Source: Octopus sinensis
Taxonomy: Eukaryota
Length of the DNA: 64,000 nt
Reading direction: 5' to 3'
Assembly: GCF_006345805.1 (NCBI RefSeq)
Contig: NC_042998.1
Coordinates: 152,706,001 to 152,770,000 of the forward strand
The position numbers and the translations under genes are program-made. Positions 51,886 through 64,000 of this stretch are shown piece by piece; within the stretch, counting starts at the first letter, position 1; every line of letters starts with the position of its first letter. The notes beneath the pieces are model-generated. The model worked only from the letters and a program-made list of their open reading frames with translations, did no database searches and had not been told where the DNA came from.

Positions 51886-54240
51886 TTGTAGAGTGTTCCA
51901 TACAGAGTTAAATTCACGACGGAGTAGTTCTTTCAACTGTTTCATTTCTTGATTAGTAAGTAAGTTCTTCACTTTAGCGAGGGCCTCTCGCTTTTCCTTT
52001 TCTTTAGTGGCAAGGTGTATGTATAGCTCGGACTTCAGGTTCGTCATTAAAATATGTTTTAGTCTCGACGCTTGTCCTTTCTTTAGGTTTAGTGCTTTGA
52101 CTGTATTGTAAATCCTTTTCGGGTAAACCTTCAGTGAGATGCAGTGTCTAATGAAATGAAGCTGTTGCTTAGCTGTTATTCTTCTCAAGCAACAAGCAAC
52201 GGCTGTCCTCAGAGTTTTGGAACGAAAAAATCATTAATCCTCACATGGGGATGTGGAGTATCATTCTCCACTCAGAGAAGCGCACAGCTAACAACTTCTT
52301 AACCACCAACCATGAAATCCCACCCCTATATGGCCTTGGCAAAGATCACAAGAGCCACATGGATCATATACTTGGGCCACCCACCCGACCCGTTTGTGGT
52401 GCCAACAATGCAAACAACCACAAAATATCATATTTTCTCTCACAATTCCTACGACCTTTAATAGAGCTATCTGCGGATGTATGTGACAGTACTGAGGACC
52501 TCCTTAGCAGGATCCGTGAATGCAACAACACATGTGACCTCAGGAACCACATCGTAGGTAGCATGGTGTGGTATCACTATACCCCTCCATCGATATAGAC
52601 TTTGCTGTCGATAAATGTATAGAAATAGTTAGTGAGAGTGGTATGATATTTAAGAATGTGGACGTATATGAACTAGGGCTCTTCCTGGCCCTGATGTGTA
52701 CCAATGAATACCTGTCGCGCAATAACCTTCTATATGCTTGTCCCACCCGTAACAAACGCGGTAGACCACCTACCATTACCTCAGCATACAGGAAGACTCA
52801 CTGTGAGCACTGGCAGGGATGGACGAAGCCGGACTACCCACCTTCAAGTGCACACGACATTAGAACCGCCATCGCACATGCTATCGGTGTCAGCCTGAGA
52901 ATTACGCTAAAAACACATATTTTTAAGTTTGACAACAAACTGTATAAGCAGATGAAGGACGGTGCTATTGGAGTGGGGATCGCCGGTGACGTTGCAAACC
53001 TCTTCATGGTATGGTGGGACAAACATTTTAAAACAGTGCCTAGCAAACCGTAACATCCACTCGGCTATGTACTCTCGTTATGTCGACGACATTAACCTTG
53101 TTGTGAAATATAATACAGACACAGTAATGGGCCCTCTACCAAGTGAAGAACAGGTGATGACTTCTATACAACACATAGCTGACTCTATCCACAGCAATAT
53201 AAAAGTTACCATAGAATACCCCTCTAAACACCCCAGTAAACGATTACCCGTCCTAGATACTGAGCTATGGATGGAAGATGCTATGGTTAATGGAACCATT
53301 AAACTCTGTATACTCCACTCACACTATCAGAAACCGATGGCTAATCCACTAGTAATCCGTAGTGACTCAGCTATGTCGGATACTGCCAAACTCAACATCC
53401 TAGTGGCAGACTTAATTAGAGTAATGAGGAATGTATCACCACTATGCCAACCACAAGAACGACAACAACACATCCAGCACTACATATTCCGAATGCAACG
53501 CTCCGGATACACACAAGACGATAGAGTCAAAGTGTACAAGAGAGCGAAAGCTAGATTCAAACGCATTCTAAGGGACGACGAAAACGGTATATGCCCCCTA
53601 TACCGCAACAAGTTCTGGAATAGGTTAGAGAGGGACACCAACAAAAGGATGAGAAACGTTACTTGGTACAATAACAGGAGATTTCACGGAGTAATGTTTG
53701 TTGACGCCACACCTAAGAACGAGCTAAGTAAGGCATTCAAGAAAATCCTGCGCACTACTGGCCTTAAAATCAAAGTTGTAGAAAAGACAGGTAGGACTAT
53801 CAAATCGGCATTATGCAGATCATATCCATTTGATAGAATCACCTGTCAAAGTAATTGTGCAGCATGTTCGACAAATCCACATGTAAACTGCAAAACCAAG
53901 GGCACTGTATACCAGATTAAGTGCCAAGAAAGAGCTTGCGCGACTAACCCAGAGTCATACATAGGTGAGACTTCTAGAAGCATCAATGATAGGTTCAAAG
54001 AACACCTGGACAACTACATTGAAAGGAAGCCAAACTCCATCTTCTACTAACATGCTGTAGACTGCCACAAAGGATCCTTAGGAAAACTTAAGTTGAACAT
54101 CCTATCAACACATCCCACCGATGCAATGTTGAGACAGGTCACAGAAGCTGTTTGTATACAAGAATACAAACCTACTCTCAACTGAAAATCCAAATGGAGT
54201 AACATCCAGATACCATTCAGGAGGACTATTCTATAACAAC
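51886..54240 (+). mobile_element. Second PLE family: frameshifted RT + GIY-YIG (52230-54240, plus) with inverted N-terminal segment (51886-52200, minus)
   Basis: LYGLGKDHK...PTRPVCG, VSLYPSI, RYVDDI, LPVLD, VYQIKC...YIGETSR...RFKEH. The minus ORF QQLHFIRHCISLKVYPK resembles a PLE N-terminus. Confidence 0.85.
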
Positions 54241-56070
54241 CCCTCTCTTTCTCTCGTTTACTTGTAATCCTTACATACATGTTGCAATGTGTATGTGCAG
54301 TTATATATAACCGTATGAGCGTACGTTGTTTGATGCGTATGTGCGTGTGTGATGCTATAAAAAAATGCACATGCATACACATATGAGCATGTATGGATGT
54401 ATGTATGTATTGTATATGTATGTGTTTATGCATATATAAATATATAATACTGTGTCGGATTTTGTATGTATGTGTGTGTAAGTGTGCGTATGTATGTTTA
54501 TGCGTGTGCGTGCATGTGTGTGTATGTGTGTAATATGACATATGTATGTAGAAGTGGATAGAATATACGAGTATTTTAAGATTATATGTATATTTATGAG
54601 TATGCCTATATGATTGTGTGTACTTGCATATATGGATATGGTTATATGTGCACAGTTGAACCTAAACATTGTATCCATTCACAGTTAGACGGTGATGAGA
54701 GGAACAAACACACACCCACACATATATATATATGTGTGTGCGTCTATACAAACATATATGTGAGTATGTATACAACCTTCAACAAAGTAACAGTCATGTA
54801 CACAACTTGGACGGACACATGCCAGTACACGGACATACGTTCACATACACATACACATGTACACACTCTCACAGACGCGTCTGCCCATTCTCCTAGACAC
54901 TCACATACATACGTAGCACATGAGTACAAACATACATACATACCTACGTATGGGCATACACATGTACATACGCATGTACATGTACGCACACACATACATG
55001 GGCACATGCATACGTGCACGTATACTTACATACGCACATACATACGTGTATATATTTGACCTGAACTAACTAGATGTGGGGAGGGGGAACAAAAAAAAAA
55101 CAAGTAATAGTAAAACAAAAGTTTTGTGATATAGAGATAAATGTCTGATAATAGGTTTTAGGGTTTTGTTTTGGAGGTGAGGGTAGTAAATAACTTCCTA
55201 GTTTCGGCGGGGGGGGGGGAAGAGGTTGAAATTTGATATTATTGTGATGAGTGGTCAGTCTACAACTATCCATCACTACAAGTTTATAGCTTTATGTTTA
55301 TAGTGTGTATATGCGTGCATATACACACACATACATATATACATACATGAATACACAGGTGTATGTACATACATACATACATACATACATGCATACATGT
55401 GTGTATGCATACATACACACATACATACGTACATATATATGACGAACTAACTGTTACTTTCTCAGATGCAGCACGGATTTTTGTCAATGAATAGGTCGCG
55501 GATTTTAGAGACGAAAATATTTTGACAAATTAAACTTAAATGTTGAAGTGAATCGAACGGCTTTTGTGTGTTTCTTGAATGGCTTACAAACACCTTCCAC
55601 GCTGCAATTATATACATATATATGCATATACGTATATACATATACATACATATATATGTTTACATATATACATATATATGTATACATATATATATACATA
55701 TATATATATACACATGTATACATATATATATAAATATATATATACACATGTGTACATATATATACATACATATATATATACATATATATATATACATATA
55801 TATATATATACATAATAATAATAATGTTCATCCTTCGGTTCGAAGATGACCAACTGACATACATACATACATACTATATATATATATATGATATATATAT
55901 ACATACTATATATATATATATATACATACATATATATATACATACTATATATATACATACATATATATATATATATAATATATATACATACATATATATA
56001 TAATATACATACATATATATATAATATATATACATACATATACATACATATATATACATATATATATATA

Positions 56071-56101
<31 letters not shown>

Positions 56102-56194
56102 ATATACATATACATATATATAATATATATACATATATATATATATATAATATATATACATATATATGTATAATATATATACATATATATGTAT

Positions 56195-57360
56195 ATGCAA
56201 GCCATATGCTACAAATGTGTCCCAGAGAGAAAGGCCACTGTACACAAGAACAAAATCCCCAGAGAGAGAGGAAAATTCTTTTGAGACGCTTTACAAAAGT
56301 TTCAAATCGCCTAAACAAATTGAAAGCAGTGAAAAGTCCTGCCTGAAAATAAAACTGTTGGAAATTGAAAAATGTCTGCAACTCTCTCATGAAAAGGAAA
56401 GAGCAGACAAAGAAGCCTGGGCTATAGACAACATAAAATCTAACCCCAGAGCTTTCTACAGGTATGCCAAAGAAACAGCTACGGTGCACTGTAGGATAGG
56501 GCCACTCCTTCAAAAGGATGGCACACTCACAGGAAATCCAATGAGGGTAAGTGAAATACTAAATGAGCAATTCAAGAGTGTTTTCACTCCACCCCTTGGG
56601 CATTTCCAAATCAGCAATCCAACTGACTTCTTTACCACTGCAGATATAAAATCAGAGGCAGCGATGATTGATTACATCAATATAAAGGAAGACGATGTAA
56701 TAAAGGCTATAGATGAAATGAAAACAAACTCAGCTACTGGCCCCGATGGATTCCCGGCAATCCTTCTAAAAGTATGTAAGAGAGTCCTAGCAAGACCACT
56801 GCATTTCCTCTTTCAGAGCTTCCTTGCAACTGGCAAACTTCCAAGAAAACTGAAGGAAGATAGCCTTTGTGCAGCATATAAGCTACTGGGAAAGACTCAA
56901 GAGATTAAAACTCTATTCCTTGGAGCGTAGGCGAGAAAGATATGCCATAATATACATCTGGAAGATCCTGGAAGAACTTTGGCATCGAGAGTAACACAAA
57001 TGCCAGAACTGGGCGCCACTGTGTGGTGCCAAGGACTCCAAATTTGCCATCAAGACGTAGAAGAAGATACTGTGATAGCCTGGGCTTCAGAGGCCCACAG
57101 CTCTTCAATATCCTCCCAAAGAACCTGAGGGACCTGCATGGGGTGGATGCGGATGTCTTTAAAGTAGGACTGGATCTCTTCCTGTCAGGTGTCCTGGATG
57201 AACCAACTTCACGGCAGGAGGTGCAGATGAGGGCAGCTGCATCGAACTCTCTCATGCACCAAAATGGCATTTGCTAAAAAGCATTTGTGAAGTAAAATCA
57301 TGTAGCAACACCAAATAGCGGTGCCCCAGCATGGCCACAGCTCATGAGCTGAAACTAGAT
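56195..57360 (+). mobile_element. CR1/L2-group LINE (same family as 16589-19199) with RT core deleted
   Basis: ORF 56166-56930 matches the 17245-19026 protein up to KLPRKLKE, then jumps to the C-terminal/3' region; same 3' end. Confidence 0.88.
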
Positions 57361-57660
57361 AAAATAAAATAAAATAAAATATATATATATATAATATATA
57401 TACATATATATAATATATATATATATATATACATACATATAACATATATATACATACATATAACATATATATACATACATACATATATATATATACATAC
57501 ATATAACATATATATACATACATACATATATATATATACATACATATAACATATATATACATACATATAACATATATATACATACATATACATATATATA
57601 GATATATATACATATATATATATACATATACATATATATATATACTATATATATATATAC

Positions 57661-57692
<32 letters not shown>

Positions 57693-57697
57693 CATAC

Positions 57698-57728
<31 letters not shown>

Positions 57729-57763
57729 CATATATATATATACATACATATATATATATATAC

Positions 57764-57816
<53 letters not shown>

Positions 57817-57828
57817 CATATATATATA

Positions 57829-57877
<49 letters not shown>

Positions 57878-57947
57878 CATATATATAACATACATATATA
57901 TATATATATATCTATATATATATATATATAATATATATATATATATA

Positions 57948-57982
<35 letters not shown>

Positions 57983-57983
57983 G

Positions 57984-58226
57984 TTGAATGAATTATCCTA
58001 GTATGGATAATTTGGTTAACCGACACTCATTATCACTATGGACTCCGTGTGGGCAGTCATCTAAAAGTTTTTGTTTGTCATGATGCTGACATAAGTTCCT
58101 TGTCTTCTTGATGAGGAGGCGGCATAATGCACCCTTCATTCCTTCGGAATTAAAAATATGCAGTCTTCGAAACATGTGTCAAAAATAAAGGAATTTTGTT
58201 AAATCGTCATTTGATTCCATTCTTTC

Positions 58227-58230
<4 letters not shown>
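57984..58230 (+). mobile_element. Repeat family C copy with degenerate HHR
   Basis: uuc UUGAUGA ggagg...ucuuc GAAAC augu GUC aaaaa; homologous (inverted) to 60400-60600. Confidence 0.5.
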
Positions 58231-58268
<38 letters not shown>

Positions 58269-58553
58269 ACAATATAGGGTGAAATTAATTAATTTGGAAT
58301 AATCATTAATTACACCAAGTAGATCTCGGCATGTAAAAGCCTCATTCGAGGAAAGTTTAAGTAATATTAAGTAATTAAGTGTTTAGCAACAAATTGCCTC
58401 ACCACATACCGAATTTAGAAATAGCAGTCAAAGAGTTATAGCTATTCCTTCTACTAAAAGGGAGATCTCAGTAAAAACACAGCACTTGAAAGGCAAACAC
58501 AGACAGGTAAGAGAGAATGAAATGACGGCAATCTATCATACAATTTTAAGTCA

Positions 58554-58644
58554 CCTACGGACGTACGTTTCGAAATTAAGTTTTAGGAAAGCATAAGAAT
58601 TAGATAATCATGTCTTACCCAACTTCTTTTCTCATCAGCGTAGG
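58554..58644 (-). ncRNA. Type I hammerhead ribozyme, copy 1
   Basis: CCUACG CUGAUGA GAAA (extended stem II) UUUC GAAAC GUAC GUC^CGUAGG: perfect 6-bp helix I, canonical core, palindromic helix III. Confidence 0.9.
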
Positions 58645-59135
58645 ACACTACAATTATGAATAATTGTATATTAAATTTCGAGATACTAGAAGGCATCATC
58701 TCAACTCAGTATCAGAGCGAGCTAAAGCCGTTACCAGTATCACCAAATTCAAAGTGTGAATGAAAGTTTGTGTCACAACCCCTTCCCACCGCGTGTAGCC
58801 AAGACAAGATGCTGTGTGGTCATTTACTGGGATGAAATATGGCTATCAGTAACAATATAGGGTGAAATTAATTAATTTGGAATAATCATTAATTACACCA
58901 AGTAGATCTCGGCATGTAAAAGCCTCATTCGAGGAAAGTTAAGTAATATTAAGTAATTAAGTGTTTAGCAACAAATTGCCTCACCACATACCGAATTTAG
59001 AAATAGCAGTCAAAGAGTTATAGCTATTCCTTCTACTAAAAGGGAGATCTCAGTAAAAACACAGCACTTGAAAGGCAAACACAGACAGGTAAGAGAGAAT
59101 GAAATGACGGCAATCTATCATACAATTTTAAGTCA

Positions 59136-59226
59136 CCTACGGACGTACGTTTCGAAATTAAGTTTTAGGAAAGCATAAGAATTAGATAATCATGTCTTAC
59201 CCAACTTCTTTTCTCATCAGCGTAGG
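59136..59226 (-). ncRNA. Type I hammerhead ribozyme, copy 2
   Basis: Same sequence as copy 1, 582 nt away. Confidence 0.9.
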
Positions 59227-60210
59227 ACACTACAATTATGAATAATTGTATATTAAATTTCGAGATACTAGAAGGCATCATCTCAACTCAGTATCAGAGC
59301 GAGCTAAAGCCGTTACCAGTATCACCAAATTCAAAGTGTGAATGAAAGTTTGTGTCACCAACCCCTTCCCACCGCGTGTAGCCAAGACAAGATGCTGTGG
59401 TCATTTACTGGGATGAAATATGGCTATCAGTAACAATATAGGGTGAAATTAATTAATTTGGAATAATCATTAATTACACCAAGTAGATCTCGGCATGTAA
59501 AAAGCCTCATTCGAGGAAAGTTTAAGTAATACTAAGTAATGAAGTGCTGTGTTTTTACTGAGATCTCCCTTTTAGTAGAAGGAATAGCTATAACTCTTTG
59601 ACTGCTATTTCTAAATTCGGTGTGTGGTGAGGCAATTCGTTGCTAAACCCTTAATTACTTAGTATTACTTAAACTTTCCTCGAATGAGGCTTTTACATGC
59701 CGAGATCTACTTGGTGTAATTAATGATTATTCCAAATTAATTAATTTCACCCTATATTGTTACTGATAGCCATATTTCATCCCAGTAAATGACCACAGCA
59801 TCTTGTCTTGGCTACACGCGGTGGGAAGGGGTTGGTGACACAAACTTTCATTCACACTTTGAATTTGGTGATACTGGTAACGGCTTTAGCTCGCTCTGAT
59901 ACTGAGTTGAGATGATGCCTTCTAGTATCTCGAAATTTAATATACAAGAAGTTGGGTAAGACATGATTATCTAATTCTTATGCTTTCCTAAAACTTAATT
60001 TCGAAACGTACGTCCGTAGGTGACTTAAAATTGTATGATAGATTGCCGTCATTTCATTCTCTCTTACCTGTCTGTGTTTGCCTTTCAAGTGCTGTGTTTT
60101 TACTGAGATCTCCCTTTTAGTAGAAGGAATAGCTATAACTCTTTGACTGCTATTTCTAAATTCGGTGTGTGGTGAGGCAATTTGTTGCTAAACCCTTAAT
60201 TACTTAGTAT

Positions 60211-60249
<39 letters not shown>

Positions 60250-60695
60250 TGAGTAATTGAATGAATTATCTTATTAAGGATAATTCGAAAGATAACCAAT
60301 ACCTGGGTAGCAAATTCACATCAGAAAGAACACGGTTGAAGCTACGTCCCTAGGGCATAGACTACGTGTCTTCGTGCGGAAATTTGTATGTTTATTTTAA
60401 AATTATAAGTATATGAAAGAATGGAGTTGAACGACTAGTTAACAAATATCCTTTATTCTCGACATATGTTTCGAAGGCTGCATATTCCTAATTCCGAAGG
60501 AATAAGGATTACATTATGCAGATTTCTCTTGAGGAAAATCAAGGAAACTTATGTCGACATCAAAATGCACAAAAAACCTTTAGCTGACCGCTCTCATTTT
60601 TCAGCCACTCTGACGTCACTCTTTATAAAAAGACACTCATTATCGCCATGGGCTCCTTGAGAGCGGTCAGCTAAAGGTTTTTTGTGCATTTTGAT
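60250..60695 (-). mobile_element. Repeat family C copy with degenerate HHR and terminal inverted segment
   Basis: Minus: uuuuc CUCAAGA gaaau CUGCAUA...UAUGCAG ccuuc GAAAC auau GUC gagaa; perfect 38-bp inverted repeat 60559-60596 / 60658-60695. Confidence 0.55.
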
Positions 60696-60698
60696 ATA

Positions 60699-60794
<96 letters not shown>

Positions 60795-61059
60795 TGACTT
60801 CTCTGATACTTTCAAACCTACTTTCTTGCTATCACGATTTTTCAGTACCCTCTATTCATATTTTCTTTCAGTTTTCAACATACCATTCATGTAATGTTTT
60901 TCGTTTAGCCTTGTCTCGTCTCCCTATTTGCTCCCATTTCATAGCCACTCATTGTCTCCCCTAAAAATTGACTTCTCTGATACTTTCAAACCTACTTTCT
61001 TGCTATCACGATTAACAGAATCCTCTTGCTAGTTTGGGGTTGACCCGCCCACCCACCCC

Positions 61060-64000
61060 CTCCACACACGCCGGAAGTTCCTATTCTTTTCATCCCTGGG
61101 TTGCTTCCCTTGAAGACTGCAAATGCTCTTTCACCATCCCTACCCCTAGTTTCGACCTAGGTAAGGTAATGATCATACAGTGCAAAATATGAATGGGTAG
61201 TGTTATGCAGGTTGAATTGAAGGCTACTGTATTACTTGCTCATGAATTCTGCCAAATGCGAGCTTTCTTTTCAGGTACATGAAGCTACTGTCCACCGACG
61301 CAGGGTCTCTAGGGCCCATACCTCCCACACCCTCAATGTTGGCACACTGAAAGGTAGGTCTGGCGAGATAGTTGAGATGCTTGAACGGAGACGTGTGGAT
61401 ATATGTTGTATGCAAGAAGTAAGGTGGAGAGGAGGTTCTGCTAGGTTCCTCACAGGCAAGGAACACAGGTACAAGATTTTCTGGGCAGGGAACACTGACG
61501 GGGTTGGAGGCGTGGGTATACTTATTGCTGAGAAATGGGTAGATAAAGTAATTGAGGTAATCAGAGTATGCGACAGAATACTTAAGATTAGATTAGCGCT
61601 TCATCATAGTTTAGCAACCATTATATCAGCCTCAGTCGGGGCTACCTGATGGACAGAAAGACCGATTCTATGACACTCTACTGCAGACTACCTCGTTGAC
61701 GAACGACAGAGACCTTCTCTTTGTGGCTGGTGACTTCAATGGTCATGTTGGACGACATGCTGGGGGCTTCCACGGCGTACATGGAGGCTATGGCTCTGGT
61801 TCCCGCAACGAGGAGGGAACCAGGCTGCTGGAGTTCTGCGATGCAAATAATCTTATGATTTGCAACACTAACTTCAGGAAACCTACCAGCCACCTAGTCA
61901 CCTACCGATCGGGCCAACATACCAGCCAAATTGACTACATCCTTGCCAGGCAAAGGGAGAGATGGCTGCTTATAAATGCCAAAACCTTCCCAGGCGAAGA
62001 ATGCACCCCACAACATAGACTGGTAGTTAGTGACTTTAGGATCAGGAGCAGGAGGACAACCAGAAGACGACCAACATGGAGAAGAAGGATCTGGAAGCTT
62101 AAGGATCCTGTGAATGGACAGAGATTTAGAGACATGTTACTTGAAGCCTTTGACGAAGTAGAAGGGGATAGTGTATCACATGGGGTAGAGGACAACTGGA
62201 CGTTTCTAAGGGACAACCTGCTGAGAGCCACTGACCAGATCTGTGGCTGGTGCAAAGTCCCCTCTCGTCCCAAGGTAACGTGGTGGTGGAACAGTGTCGT
62301 AGACAGGGCTATTAGAGAAAAGAGACAGACTTGGAAGCACTGGAAGAATGGTGGTAGCAGGGAATTGTATCAGACTGCTAAAAGGGAAGCTAGGAGACAG
62401 GTCTATCTAGCCAGAGGGGAAGCAGATAAGAAAAAATTTGCCAATGTTCTGCGCCGTGAGGACCAAAGACTGGAGGTGTTTCGCGTTGCAAGACAGTGTG
62501 TGAGAGAGAATTGTGATGTGGTGGGAGAGAAGTGTGTTCGCATCGAAGATGGTTCACTTGCACTAAACGAGGATGCAAAGAGAGAGGCTTGAAGATGCCA
62601 CTATGAAAGGTTGCTGAATAAAGAAAATGAATGGGATAAAGAGAGTCTGCCGAACGTTGACCCAACAGAGGGACCAGTTATCAGGGTTGATAGTTCCTTA
62701 GTAGCTAAGGCAATTAGAAGCATGAAGACAGGGAAAGCCCCAGGCCCATCAGGTATCAGTGCAGAGATGCTCAAAATATCTGGTAGTGTCGGCTATAGCC
62801 TAGTCACCTGTATAGTTAATCAGGTGATACACGAAGGAGTCATTCCCAATGACTGGTGTAGCAGCATAATAGTCAACTGCTACAAAGGTAAAGGTGACGT
62901 CCTAGATACAAATAACTACAGGGGTATCAAGCTGTTGGATCAGGTGATGAAGGTTACAGAGAGGGTCATAAGCCAACTAATTAGAGAGAGAGTTAGTTTA
63001 GATGAGATGCAGTTTGGTTTCGTGCCAGGGAAAAGTACCACTGATGCTATATTCCTGGTAAGGCAGCTGCAGGAGAAATACCTAGCCAAAGATAAGGCCC
63101 TGTACCTGGCTTTTGTTGACATGGAGAAAGCCTTCGACAGGGTCCCCCGATCCCTCATATGGTGGTCAATGAGGAAACTAGGAATAGAAGAATGGTTAGT
63201 GAGAGCTGTGGGACGCTGCTAGTAAGGTGAGGGTTGGAAATGAGTACAGTGAAGAATTCCGGGTAGAGGTAGGGGTCCACCAAGGCTCAGTCCTCAGCCC
63301 CCTCCTATTTATCATAGTCCTCCAGGCAATAACGGAGGAATTCAAGACAGGATGCCCCTGGGAGCTCCTCTATGCTGATGACCTTGCTCTAATTGCTGAG
63401 TCATTATCAGAACTGGAGAAGAAGTTTCAGGTGTGGAAGCATGGTTTAGAATCGAAGGGCCTTAGAGTCAACCTAGCTAAAACAAAGTCCTAATAAGTAG
63501 GAAGGTAGACAAATCACAAACGCCTTCAGGAGATGGCCCTGCTCGATCTGTAGAAAAGGTGTAGGTAGAAACTCTATAAGATGCACCAAGTGTAAGCTAT
63601 GGACACATAAGAGGTGCAGCAATGTCATAGGAAGGCTAACTAGGAAGATGGTTTTTGTATGTGGCAGATGCTCGGGAGCATTAACCTATGAAAATCTGCA
63701 GAAAACAACTTCCGTCACTTTCCAGGGGGAAAAACTAGAAGTGGTTGATAGCTTCCGTTATCTTAGTGACCAAGTCAGTAGTGGGGGTGGGTGTGCTGAA
63801 AGTGTAACGGCTAGAGTAAGAATAGCCTGGGCAAAGTTTAGGGAGCTCTTACCTCTGTTGGTGACTAAAGGCCTCTCGCTCAGAGTAAAAGGCAGACTGT
63901 ATGATGCATGTGTACAAACAGCCATGCTACATGGCAGTGAAACATGGGCCGTGACTGCTGAGGACATGCGTAAGCTCGCGAGAAATGAAGCTAGTATGCT
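61060..64000 (+). mobile_element. RTE LINE, near-complete (APE endonuclease + RT), frameshifted, runs off the window; 5' boundary approximate
   Basis: TLNVGTL...DICCMQEVRW, GDFNGHVG, SQIDYIL, H.LVVSDF, KAPGPSG, AFVDMEKAFDRVP, HQGSVLSPLLF, LYADDL. Confidence 0.93.

Larger units (their letters stand above)
58265..60210 (-). mobile_element. Retrozyme-like tandem array family A: ~582-bp unit, two full direct units plus a partial third, then ~1.15 inverted units
   Basis: agtaacaatatagggtg at 58265, 58848 and 59429 (periods 583, 581); inversion junction near 59541; units nearly identical; (TA)n flanks; no ORF in the track; HHR in each full direct unit. Confidence 0.85.

Noticed and set aside
55481-55528. 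HHR-like fold (uuguc/gacaa helix, GAAAAUAUUUU)
   Set aside because: The core segment aaugaauag has the wrong length and sequence.
15727-57895. Numerous long ORFs reading YIYI/ICIY or HTHT/VCVC
   Set aside because: Translations of (TA)n, (TATG)n and (CA)n microsatellites that lack stop codons by composition; not genes.
61020-61270. HDV-like ribozyme expected at the RTE 5' end
   Set aside because: I could not assemble the nested double pseudoknot by eye; a descriptor search (RNArobo or Infernal) would be needed.

Overview
Eukaryotic, repeat-saturated window with no confidently identifiable host gene. The mix of SINEs, RTE tails ending in (GAT)n and huge (TA)n/(CA)n arrays resembles what I know of cephalopod (Octopus-like) genomes; this is an inference, not a database result. 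Nearly every long ORF belongs to a transposable element: RTE LINEs, CR1/L2-group LINEs, Penelope-like elements (PLEs), Gypsy-type LTR elements, Mariner remnants and Helitrons. The most notable signal is RNA-level. There are at least three families of short non-coding repeats carrying type I hammerhead ribozymes (HHRs), which fits retrozyme-like elements. The best is a ~582-bp tandem array at 58265-60210 with two HHRs that have intact cores and an inverted copy whose core is deleted. A related 537-bp family lies at 39521-40328, and minimal HHRs sit in the PLE terminal repeats. Also notable are a non-autonomous LTR element with a 592-codon ORF kept open through several in-frame duplications and loss of the RT palm, a SINE/LINE pair sharing a covarying 3' stem-loop, many fold-back structures, and one candidate minus-strand micro-exon. 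All alignments and folds were done by eye.
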